Source: a virus
Taxonomy: Duplodnaviria; Caudoviricetes
Strand: one strand, 5' to 3'
Length of the DNA stretch: 64,000 nt
Virus record (IMG/VR): IMGVR_UViG_3300027805_000006
The notes beneath the pieces were generated by a model that saw nothing but the letters and a program-made list of their open reading frames with translations, was not told the origin of the DNA and made no database searches. Below, in pieces: positions 1 to 9,300 of the stretch. Position 1 is the stretch's first letter. Each line of letters opens with the position of its first letter. A program made the translations under genes and the position numbers.

Positions 1-318
1 CGGTTGAATTTTTTCTTCAAAGGTGCCAGGAAGGAAACCTAGATTTTCTCCGGCTTCGCACACTGGACGTGTAATGACTACTTTTGAAACTTGGTTGCTT
101 AGTAACTTTGAGACTGCTACCGACATTGCGATGAAGGACTTACCTGACCCAGCAGGACCTGCGCCAATTGTGAGAGTTGATTCTTCTAGCGACTCTTTAT
201 ACAGTCGCTGAGATTCATTTTTTGGAAGTGGATTGAATTTTATCCGAATTACTTTTGCACTTTCTTCATTAATTGGTTGAGGATAGCGCTGTTTTGCTAC
301 TGCTAATCGACGTCCCAT
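1..318 (-). CDS. phoH: PhoH-family ATPase (partial, runs off the left edge)
   Basis: Absent from the ORF track; translated by hand. AGGAGG RBS, then ATG at 318: MGRRLAVAKQRYPQPINEESAKVIRIKFNPLPKNESQRLYKESLEESTLTIGAGPAGSGKSFIAMSVAVSKLLSNQVSKVVITRPVCEAGENLGFLPGTFEEKIQP. Contains Walker A GPAGSGKS and the PhoH signature ITRP..EAGE.LGFLPG. Confidence 0.93.
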   Translation of the reverse strand, partial: MGRRLAVAKQRYPQPINEESAKVIRIKFNPLPKNESQRLYKESLEESTLTIGAGPAGSGKSFIAMSVAVSKLLSNQVSKVVITRPVCEAGENLGFLPGTFEEKIQP

Positions 319-351
319 TATTTCCTCCTACAGGAAGGGCCGTTTGGATAT

Positions 352-372
352 CCGGAGTTAAATAAACTCCGG
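352..372. other. Perfect 8-bp inverted repeat (possible terminator or RNA hairpin) upstream of phoH
   Basis: CCGGAGTT-AAATA-AACTCCGG. Confidence 0.5.
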
Positions 373-497
373 GGCTTCGACAAACAGAGGGGCTGATAAA
401 TTTGCAACGAGGCGAAATGACCATTTCTTGCTCGAACATGGTGTAGGATAAGCCCTTGCTTGTATTCATATCAGGCGTTTTAAACCCTGAAGTGAAA

Positions 498-857
498 TTA
501 GTCTTGACGTGCCAGAACGTACTTCATCCAGTCAACTGGACAAGGTCCTGCTCCCCAAGGCATTTCTTTTCCTGCTTGTAGGCAGTCCTTGAGAAACTGT
601 GCTAGTTTGACTGTCTCTTCTGGCGTCAATGATTTGATTGATTCAACGACCTCAACAGATGTTGCACCAATTGAACCTGGATTTCTAAGCCCTGGCACAG
701 TTGGCCTTACACCTTCATTGAAGTACTGTGATAGCCAACTAAGAACAAATGTTTGATAGTGATTTGTTACTTTTCCAGCCTTGATAATCTCATCTAGAGT
801 CAGGTCAACGAGTTGTTCAGAGTGACCTTCATTTGTGATTGAGCGATGTAGATTCAT
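498..857 (-). CDS. Hypothetical protein (119 aa)
   Basis: Clean ORF preceded by a TATAAATA late-type motif at 884-891. Confidence 0.75.
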   Translation of the reverse strand: MNLHRSITNEGHSEQLVDLTLDEIIKAGKVTNHYQTFVLSWLSQYFNEGVRPTVPGLRNPGSIGATSVEVVESIKSLTPEETVKLAQFLKDCLQAGKEMPWGAGPCPVDWMKYVLARQD

Positions 858-883
858 GATATGCTCTCAGGTTAGGATAAAAT

Positions 884-920
884 TATTTATAGAAACGTGG
901 TCATCTTTGCATCATAAATA
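884..920. promoter_or_regulatory. Back-to-back divergent T4-type late promoters
   Basis: TATAAATA on the minus strand (884-891) and CATAAATA on the plus strand (913-920), each 27-32 nt upstream of an ATG. Confidence 0.65.
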
Positions 921-951
921 AATTTATAGCGCATATCAATATGGGAGATAT

Positions 952-1176
952 ATGGCCGAAAACACAGATGGTGAGTACTTTACAGACGTTCCGAGAACTT
1001 CTATCCCTAATGCAGATACCTGGGATACCCTATCTGCAAATCAACTAATTGAAACAAAAAATACGCTGATGAGTCAATTATTTGCATTTCAGAATAGACC
1101 TGAGATTGCAAAAACATTGCAAAAAGGAATTGCGAGGCTTGATGCGCTTATTTCTTTGCGGTCAGTCGGGTCTTAA
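952..1176 (+). CDS. Hypothetical protein (74 aa)
   Basis: GGAG RBS and late motif upstream; overlaps the clpP 3' end convergently. Confidence 0.6.
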   Translation: MAENTDGEYFTDVPRTSIPNADTWDTLSANQLIETKNTLMSQLFAFQNRPEIAKTLQKGIARLDALISLRSVGS

Positions 1177-1768
1177 TAGGTAGTTGGACTTCAGCGAAAT
1201 CAACAACTCTATCAACTAGACCGAACTTTTTAAGTTCGATAGGTGTAAGGTACCTATCAGACGGTGAAAATAAAACGTCACGTATTTGACGCTCATTCAT
1301 TGCTGAGTGTCTAAGGAAGTGGCGAATAAAGCGTTGCTCCAGCATTTTATAAGAAGTTTGTGTGGCAAGTAGTTCGTGGTGCTTGCCGCTAAAATAACCA
1401 GCAAATTGATGTGCCATAACTTCTGTATTTTTAGTGATTGCACGATGGCCTTTTGCACCGCCGGAAAGTAGTAGCACCCCCATTGACATAATATTCCCAA
1501 CTCCAACCGTAGCAATTGGAATTCTAGAAGTATCCATCAAGTCAATGATAGCAAATCCTTCTGCACATTCACCACCCACTGTATTCAGAATAAGAGTGAG
1601 GTGAGAACGTTCTCTCTGCAGAATGTTTGATTTAAGAATAAAATCACACGCTGCATATGATTTCTCTTCATCAACTTCACCAAAAAATAAATGAACACCC
1701 AAAGCATCTAAACTAATGGTGTCGTATTGATTTCCTGATTGGTCTTGGTCTTCAGGTTTCTTCTGCAT
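1148..1768 (-). CDS. clpP: ClpP-like serine protease
   Basis: LILNTVGG, IMSMG (Ser), AHQF (His), SDRYL (Asp), FGLVD: complete catalytic triad pattern. Confidence 0.92.
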   Translation of the reverse strand: MQKKPEDQDQSGNQYDTISLDALGVHLFFGEVDEEKSYAACDFILKSNILQRERSHLTLILNTVGGECAEGFAIIDLMDTSRIPIATVGVGNIMSMGVLLLSGGAKGHRAITKNTEVMAHQFAGYFSGKHHELLATQTSYKMLEQRFIRHFLRHSAMNERQIRDVLFSPSDRYLTPIELKKFGLVDRVVDFAEVQLPIKTRLTAKK

Positions 1769-1837
1769 CTAATATCCCTCTGCGGGGTAACCTTACCGAT
1801 TTCTATTTACAGACAAAACAACCTCGTTTTGGGAGGG

Positions 1838-1860
1838 TGTATTTCATAATATGAAATACA
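1838..1860. terminator. 10-bp perfect hairpin after the chimeric ORF
   Basis: TGTATTTCAT-AAT-ATGAAATACA. Confidence 0.4.
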
Positions 1861-1862
1861 GG

Positions 1863-2267
1863 TCATTCAATGACTTCCAGCCCCCAATCAACTTCCAAGC
1901 AATTTTTTGAATACCACTCCATCCAGTCGATTTCCTGACCTCGGAAAGCCCTCATTATCTGTGAAAACAGAGGTGTTTTTGCGTATTTTTGAGCCATCTG
2001 CTTAACATCCATGTCAGCCGCGGTGCCCGAAATAATTGCAATAATAACCTGCTCACGAGCGTCTTCAATCACCTCGCTGATGGTGCGCTGAACTAATTCA
2101 ATCGGCTTAGTTGATTTTCCAACCATTACAAAAGCAGCCCTGAGGTCGTCAGCAGTTCCAGCAGCAACTGCGCGTGCAATGTCACCGAAGAAGAGGTGAA
2201 CGCCCAGTGAGTTGAGCGATATGTCGTCGTACGTCAGAGCTTCCTGATCCTGCGATCTACGGGTCAT
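1863..2267 (-). CDS. Chimeric ORF: ClpP N-terminus fused to an RNA-ligase C-terminus
   Basis: YDDISLNSLGVHLFFG matches clpP YDTISLDALGVHLFFG at 13/16. The remainder (DIAR..DDL...LFSQIMRAFRGQEIDWMEWYSK) aligns with the ligase C-terminus (DVAR..DDL...LFGLIMRAMDGKEINLREWYNK). Confidence 0.75.
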   Translation of the reverse strand: MTRRSQDQEALTYDDISLNSLGVHLFFGDIARAVAAGTADDLRAAFVMVGKSTKPIELVQRTISEVIEDAREQVIIAIISGTAADMDVKQMAQKYAKTPLFSQIMRAFRGQEIDWMEWYSKNCLEVDWGLEVIE

Positions 2268-2440
2268 CTGTGTCTCCAGCAGAGCTGAACGAGCTGAAGT
2301 ATTTAGCGAACCGGGCGAGGGGTGCTGAATTTTACCTGGTGAAATGCAGGTTAGAGGATCTCGACGACCTACGCGTGAAGGTGATAGTGTGATGAAGTAT
2401 GTGTCTTGAGTTCATAAATACACTTCAAATGGAGAACATA

Positions 2441-3301
2441 ATGAACTTTAAAACGTGGTATGAACAGCACCGCAGCAATCCCAACTGGGCAATTAACCTA
2501 AAAAAGCTTGATGAACCGCTATACAAAAAAGTTGCTTCATCCGTTGGCGATCGTTGGGCAGAGAAGGCCTATACCTTCATCAATCAGCTTTCTTCAAGAC
2601 CTGTATGCCGCTGCGGTGCAGAGAGACCGTGGTATGGTCGTAGCTATGCGCTGAGATGTAGTGTGCGGTGCTCAAATATTGAGACGGCTTCTTTTCGTGC
2701 GACAACTCTCAAGGCTAGAAGCGAAGAACAGAAAAAGAAAGTGGCCGCCAAGGCGCGTGCAACAAGCATTGAAAGATATGGCGAAGATTATGCAACTGCC
2801 CGGGCAAAAAAGCGATCAGCAAGCACTATCTCGCGTACTGAAAATGCTAGGAAGAAATCAATGCTTATTCGCTATGGAGTTTCAAATCCCGCGCAACTTG
2901 AAGAGGCACAGCAAAAGCGCAAATTAACCTACTCAAAGAGAACTGATGAACAGCGAGAGGCAACAAGACTAAAGAACTTTGCAACAAGATGCGCTAGAGG
3001 CATATCATTGCCTAATGATCATCCCTCAATCTTTAAGTCAAAGAAATCCTACACTCGTCGGGTGAGATACCTAACAAATGTTTCTGTGAAGCAGCATGGG
3101 CTTTTTTCAAGCAGATCACGAGAGCAACATGTAGATCACATCTTCTCTGTGCTAGATGGCTACAGGCATCATGTCTCACCAGAAGTATTAGCACATCCTG
3201 CAAACCTCAGGCTGCTGTGCGCAAGCAATAACAGCCGAAAAAACTCACGCTCAGATATCACCATCGATGAGCTGTTCGCCCGCATCGAGCACTGCAAGTG
3301 A
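2441..3301 (+). mobile_element. Freestanding HNH homing endonuclease
   Basis: C-terminal HVDHIFSV...HPANLRLLCASNNSRK; N-terminal Cys cluster (CRC..RCSVRC); repeated ERYG/IRYGVSNP motifs. Start placed at 2441 (GGAG RBS, CATAAATA at 2413-2420) rather than 2399. Confidence 0.88.
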
Positions 3302-4390
3302 AAACTTGTGCTCGAGAACGTGCTTGTTATACCACTCGCGCAAGTTAATCTCCTTACCGTCCATCGCTCGCATGATCAATCCAAACAGGCGATGACCTTT
3401 TGCTGCTAGTGCTGCCTCCTTCTTTGTTTTACCAACAAGCTTTGCGTGCTCTGCCTCTACTTCAGCTTGTAGCTCTGCCAAATCTGCAAGGACAATGTTA
3501 TTGATGCGTCGAACTGGCGTTGGATCCTTATCAACCAGTGCAAACTGGCCAATCAAGTCATCGATCTTATCATCAAGGGCCAAGCGTGCTACATCACGCT
3601 CACGTAGGAATACAATGGTCCTGTGCAGGTCGCAGTACCACTTCGTCTTCAACTTAACCATGTCGCCACTCTCAAACTGGATTACCCAGCCCTCAAAGTT
3701 CTGTGTAGTAAGTGCGGCGCTCTTTAGTTTCTCCCAGGAAACATTTCCACCCTCAAGAAAGTCAGACATGAAGTTCTTAACAAGCGGGAACGGGCAGCCA
3801 CGAGCAGAAAGTTCTGCCTCAGTGAGGTATCTTCCTGAATTATTCTCACGAATATGTAGTAGCGTAAGTTCATCTGAATTATATCGCAACACTATTGGAA
3901 AACGTGGAGAAGTTACCTCAAAGGTTGGAGTCAAGTTTTGATTGAGAATGTCTTGAATCCATTCCTTGCACCCTGGAGTAGATGCGATGGAATCGGCAAG
4001 TGTCGCTTCATTTGTATGAAATGACTTCTTTGTCTTGAACTTGAAACCTCCACCTACAAGTGGAACTGGTACCACCATAGAGCCGTCCCGCTTCTCCATG
4101 ATGCGCGTTACCTTAGACCAGTTAATGTTTTCAGGCAGAGTGCTTTCACGCTCGCCAACATTGAAGAACTTATGCAGGTGCCGAGAAACTATTTTTCCAT
4201 CTTTGCCAAAGGTAATACCTCGGCACTCACGCTCAATACTCTCATTCTCACCAGAAAATACATCATCGTCCTGCAGCATGTAGCAGATAACAGTTAGACC
4301 GAATTCTTCATCGGCTTTTACGCGTATCTGGGGGACGTGCTGAATAAACTTGGTGACATCTGAAATGTCACAAATAACTGGAAAAGGCAT
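3251..4390 (-). CDS. rnlA: T4 Rnl1-like RNA ligase
   Basis: Nucleotidyltransferase motifs EKRDGS (I), TFEVTS (III), EGWVI (IV), VKLKT (V); HKFFNVGE. Confidence 0.93.
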   Translation of the reverse strand: MPFPVICDISDVTKFIQHVPQIRVKADEEFGLTVICYMLQDDDVFSGENESIERECRGITFGKDGKIVSRHLHKFFNVGERESTLPENINWSKVTRIMEKRDGSMVVPVPLVGGGFKFKTKKSFHTNEATLADSIASTPGCKEWIQDILNQNLTPTFEVTSPRFPIVLRYNSDELTLLHIRENNSGRYLTEAELSARGCPFPLVKNFMSDFLEGGNVSWEKLKSAALTTQNFEGWVIQFESGDMVKLKTKWYCDLHRTIVFLRERDVARLALDDKIDDLIGQFALVDKDPTPVRRINNIVLADLAELQAEVEAEHAKLVGKTKKEAALAAKGHRLFGLIMRAMDGKEINLREWYNKHVLEHKFSLAVLDAGEQLIDGDI

Positions 4391-4396
4391 AGAGAT

Positions 4397-4549
4397 TTAT
4401 GCTAGAAAATGGAGTGCAATAGTTAGGGCGGCATTTGCTACAAATGAAACAGCCAACCAAATACGAAGTTTTTTGATTTGATCTGTCTGCTTAGCATCAA
4501 TTGCATCTACTTGTGACTTTGTAATTGATTCGCTGCTGTAACTTTTCAT
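4397..4549 (-). CDS. Small membrane protein (50 aa)
   Basis: Hand-translated MKSYSSESITKSQVDAIDAKQTDQIKKLRIWLAVSFVANAALTIALHFLA; fills the gap exactly; hydrophobic C-terminal helix. Confidence 0.65.
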   Translation of the reverse strand: MKSYSSESITKSQVDAIDAKQTDQIKKLRIWLAVSFVANAALTIALHFLA

Positions 4550-4556
4550 ATGCTTC

Positions 4557-5417
4557 TCACTCGTATATGATTTCACCCTTCACCAGTGTAGTTGGAAGTT
4601 CATGCTTTATCTCAACTACTGGTGCAACTTGTTTTTTCTTAGGAGACTTTTGAGGAAGTGCTTCCTCTTTCTTCTCAGCAATTTTAACAACATCCCCAAA
4701 CTTTAGTCCTATATTTGCAGGTTGAACCTCTGTTGGATCTGGTAAAGGAGTTTTAATTGGGGCAAATTTCTTCTTTGGTTCTTTTTCTGCTACGGTCTTA
4801 AGATTTTCAAGGACCTTCTTTGGCTTAGTATTGATTTCATCAACTATTGATTTTGTTTCTTTGGATTGTTCATTTGAAGGTGGAGCAGTATCTTCAAATG
4901 AGAACATAAATTTCTTTACAACCGGCTTTTCGGGAGATTTTGCAAGTGAAATGCTTGGTACTTCTTTTTCTACTGGCGGAACTACAGCAGACTTAATATC
5001 TGTAGGAGATAAAACCGATGTCATTGATGGAGCAGAAATAGTGTGCGCATCACTTGGCAGTTCAGGAGCAAATTGTACTACCTCAGGTGGTGGTTCAGCA
5101 GCAATAGCCTGATCTTCTGGTTCAACTGTTTGAACTGGCGCTGCCTCTTCCTGGCGTGCTACAGTAACCTTCTTAACTAACGGCGTAAAAAGTCTGTTGT
5201 TAAGAACAACTTCAACTTTTAGATCATAGTCGCCTGCAGGAAGAGATTCAGGAACTGCAACTTTTGCTGACCAGGTATCTGCACTCTTTGATGCGGTAAA
5301 TGAAAAATTTGATGTAAGTGGATAACCACCAAGAACGAGCCTTACCATAGGCTCAATTGATGTACCCATTACATTGACCTTGAAGGTTACGAGGTGTTCT
5401 TGTCCGGCTATTAACAT
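4557..5417 (-). CDS. Hypothetical protein with a beta-rich N-domain and a Pro/Lys/Glu-rich low-complexity tail
   Basis: 286-aa ORF in a tightly packed operon. Confidence 0.8.
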   Translation of the reverse strand: MLIAGQEHLVTFKVNVMGTSIEPMVRLVLGGYPLTSNFSFTASKSADTWSAKVAVPESLPAGDYDLKVEVVLNNRLFTPLVKKVTVARQEEAAPVQTVEPEDQAIAAEPPPEVVQFAPELPSDAHTISAPSMTSVLSPTDIKSAVVPPVEKEVPSISLAKSPEKPVVKKFMFSFEDTAPPSNEQSKETKSIVDEINTKPKKVLENLKTVAEKEPKKKFAPIKTPLPDPTEVQPANIGLKFGDVVKIAEKKEEALPQKSPKKKQVAPVVEIKHELPTTLVKGEIIYE

Positions 5418-5420
5418 AGT

Positions 5421-5849
5421 TTATATCTCAAATTCAGTAATATTTACGCTGATTTCTGGTTCTTCAAGTTTCCATGGAGGAACAATTTTTAGTTCTTCTG
5501 CAGAAACTTGTAGTTTTCCACCAGCGAGTCCAATTGCAAGATCAAATGCAGCGACGAAAGTGCTTTGCACCGCTGCTTCAAGTTGCTGTGTTCCAACTTC
5601 ACCAAGCAATTCTGCAGTTACAGTAATAAACGGCTGCTCAAACTGAAGTTGATGTGGTTCAAGATCATCGATTACGTGCTGAACCAGATCGGGACGAAGT
5701 TTGACGAACTGCTGACTTATCGATGAATTGTTTGTTCCGAGGAACTGCGTGTATTTGTCACGAATTAAGTTGTCAATAACAATTGCCCTGCGATTAGCGC
5801 AGAAGGCATTTATTGAAGACGTATTAATCGTGCAAAAATTTATACTCAC
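5421..5849 (-). CDS. Hypothetical protein, probably virion-associated
   Basis: 142-aa ORF; CTAAATA motif at 5873-5879. Confidence 0.75.
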   Translation of the reverse strand: MSINFCTINTSSINAFCANRRAIVIDNLIRDKYTQFLGTNNSSISQQFVKLRPDLVQHVIDDLEPHQLQFEQPFITVTAELLGEVGTQQLEAAVQSTFVAAFDLAIGLAGGKLQVSAEELKIVPPWKLEEPEISVNITEFEI

Positions 5850-5885
5850 ACTATTCCTTTAAATCTATTCCTTATTTAGGAAGAT

Positions 5886-6398
5886 TTAACCTGGAAATGT
5901 AGCTGGCCAGTTTGAAGAGAAGTCATAGTTTGTAGGATCAGCAGATGCCAGCATTGCTGCCTTATGCTGCTCAGCAGCAGTAAATGCCTGGATGTCGTGG
6001 GCTGCGATTGAATTAAAAATTTCAACCGCCAGGGCTGGTGTCATCTGGGTGAATGAATTGTCCATTGTCTTCCACATAATTCCTGATGGCATATTTGCAC
6101 CCATCATTACAAGACCCAACTGCTGAATTCTGGATGTTGAATCAGAATCAAACCACTTATTCACTGAAGCAATAAGCACACCACCACTTTGAACCTTTGA
6201 GCGCTTCTGCTTAATTTCCTGCCAGACGCGCTCCTTGGTCATATCAACACCAGCAGCATCCAGAGTTGCCTTATCAGGTAAGGTGCCTTCCTGAGCGCGC
6301 AGGTTGTCGTAGTTCTGTGGAGAACCTTCGCTGTACGCAGAAACTGCTTGAAACTTTTCTGCGATGATCTCTAGGTAGTTTGGAAGTTGTACGCTCAT
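5886..6398 (-). CDS. Tail fibre assembly-like protein (DUF4376-like)
   Basis: WQEIKQKR..GGV...WFDSD..SR...WKTMDNSF pattern; directly downstream of a fibre gene. Confidence 0.75.
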   Translation of the reverse strand: MSVQLPNYLEIIAEKFQAVSAYSEGSPQNYDNLRAQEGTLPDKATLDAAGVDMTKERVWQEIKQKRSKVQSGGVLIASVNKWFDSDSTSRIQQLGLVMMGANMPSGIMWKTMDNSFTQMTPALAVEIFNSIAAHDIQAFTAAEQHKAAMLASADPTNYDFSSNWPATFPG

Positions 6399-9300
6399 TA
6401 TCCGATCTCTGTAATTTCGTATGAAGAAACAAGTGTTCCACCTAGGTCATTTCCGGCGTTGGTAAGGTTAATGTACCACGTTCCACCGCCGCCACCAATA
6501 CCTGCTCGCATTGAATAGGTGACTGGTGCTGTTGTTGCTGGTGAATCGGAAACTGCCAGGCAGAGAGTTGTTGGGCGACCACCGCCTGTTGCGAAGAACA
6601 CCGCTGAACCAATGTTTAGAGTTCCTCTGAACAATGAACAGATAACAATTCTGTTTGAGGTGCTGACGTCAACGGTAAATGGCACAGTAAACTTAAATGT
6701 AGAAGCAACAGAAGATGGCGTAATCGTTCTTGACCAGATCTGCGTACCTTCAGTATCAAGCGGAGCAGTATTGTCCCAAGGAATTGCTGTATTACCAGAC
6801 GTACCAGGAATTGCGCCTGTGTAGATTGCAAGGTAGCCTGAGCCACCGGGAGAAGTTAGACCAATTTCATACCAACCACCATTTTGATAAACTTCAGTTG
6901 CACCAAGCGTGGTGTTGTAGCGAATTGTTCCATTTGTTGGCGTTGCTGGGCGCTCAGCAGATGATCCAGTCGAAAGAACCATACCAGCGGTTCCTGGGAA
7001 GATAGGATTGTCTGCAATTGAGATGACCGGATTACCTGCAACACCATTGCCATTAGTGATGGTAATCTGACTTGTTGTTCCGGTAATTGTTCTTCCAACA
7101 AAGGTATCTGGTGCAGTCTGTGTAAGAATACCGTTGGTGTTGTATGCTGCTAGCGCGGTGAGAGTGCTATCAATTGGCTGGAAGGCAGATGAACTTAGCC
7201 CGTCAAGTAAATCTGCATTCAAACCGGTAACTAACTGTCCTTGTGCATTTGTACCAAGGAGGAATGGTGCACTTGCAGAAGTTGGATTAAAAGTATGTAC
7301 TGCTGTAATTGTTCTGTTCTCAGTAGTATGAACATACTGCGGATGGTCATCATCTCCAAGACCAGAAAGTTCCCCGTGGTCAGACACACTTGTAAATGCT
7401 ACGTTTGAAACCTTTACAGAGCGATAATCATCAACGTTTACCAACCTTGCTTTTATGTCATTGGAGTATGTTGAACTCGTCTGGTAGATCAAGCGGTACA
7501 GCAGTTTAAATTCTGTTTCTGGGAACCCGGTGAAGTTAAGTGCTGCTACTGTATTATTATTTTTAGCATTGTCCAGCGTCGTATCCTGACGCTGACCCAT
7601 AAATGAAACAACAGGAACGCGAACATCATTTGTTGCAAATACCCAGGCAGCAACATAATTGCCCTCTGTCGCTTCTGTTACTGTCCAGTTGCCGCCATTT
7701 AGGTCATTAAAACCTGCCCTATTTGTTACCAATTCAACTGGGAAACTTGTCAAGTTTCCACTAACCCAAACGCCACCAGTTCCGCTCTTTCTGAGTATCT
7801 TGAGACTTACTGCTGGTGTAAGTACCTGCTCAAAAAAGTTTGTTGGCGTGGCGCTGTGGGTAATTGTTGACCTGATGTCTTCGTCGCTGATAATACCATT
7901 CGTGAGACTGAATGTGGCATCTGAGTTGCTGTTTCCAGTTCCAGTTTCCGTAAAGTTTCCAATATCAAACCCACCGAGAAGTTGTGTTCCAAATGCTCTG
8001 TGCAGGTAAGAGTGTGTAGCACCATCCATTGTGATGCCGTGACGCTCTTCAGCAAAAACTGTTGACTTGGAATTTATTGCATCCCAATAAACATATGAGG
8101 TATAAGCAAAATTTTGGAAATCTGGAACAGTTGCTTGTGTTAGCGTACCTGCAGCATCAAACTGAATAAAGTAGGCACCTGACGTATTTGGAAGTTGAAT
8201 GCTGTCAGATGTTGTCTTTACAACTCTAACACCTTTTACATAGTAAACATATGAACCGCTTACGGGAGCAATTGTAAAAGTACGTGTTGCATCATCAAAG
8301 CTAATTGTTGATTGCGTTCTATTGACGTGACCTGTTGGCTCAGCCTCTTCGCCCATAATGAGTGAACTCTTGAAGAACACCCACTGTGTGCCATCAAACA
8401 TTTCAAGGTTGTCAGTGTCTAGATTTACTCTTAGGTCGCCTTCAACAGGAGAACCAGGTCTCTCAGCAGAAGTTCCACCAGGTATCTTTACTGATTCGGT
8501 TCCAGGAAGAACTGGATTACTTGCAATTGCAATGGTAGGATTTCCACTAATTCCGTCAGCATTCGTTACTGAAATTTGGTCAGTCGTACCTAGTATTTCT
8601 CTAGTTGCCCAAGTGTCCGCCGCAGTTCTCACTGCAATACCTGTTCCAGACAGAGATTCAACTGCAGCAAGGTCCCCTGTTAAGGAGAATGTTGGATTGC
8701 CTGCAACGCCATTGGCATTTGTGATGCTGATTCCACCAGTGGGTGCAACAAGCTCTCGTAACTGCCAGGTGTTAGCACCTGTGCGTGCTGCTATACCACC
8801 GCTGGCTAGTGCTTCAAGCGCTGCCAAATCATCAGACAGCGTGAACGTTAAAGTTCCAGCAGAAGTGATTGGTGACCCTGAAATTGTGAAGCCTGCTGCA
8901 GGCGCTGTGGCTGCTACAGATGTTACTGTGCCAGATCCAGCAGGAGCAGCAGAGTTAATCCACTGTGTTCCGTCATACTGAAGCATTTGACCTGGCCCCG
9001 GAGAAACAATGCTTACATCGCCAAGGTCTGTTAAATCGTAATCGCCTTCTAGCGCTGTTACAGCACCTGTTCTTCCAAAAACTGAAGTAACAGGGAAATT
9101 AATATTTGCTTCAACTATATCAATAGTTGGATTACCAGCAACACCATCACCATTCGTGACTGAAATTTTGTTAGAGCCGCCAGTAATAGAGCGAGTTGTA
9201 GAAGTGCCTACACCTGTGATTGTGTAGATGCCTGTAGTTGTTGTATTTGCTAGCGCAGTTAGATCGCTATCAACTGGCTGAAAATCTGCTGCGTGCTGAC

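Noticed and set aside
23-469. ORF-track calls 23..211(+) and 269..469(-)
   Set aside because: They overlap the better-supported phoH frame (318->1), which has a strong RBS and family motifs, so they are probably shadow ORFs.
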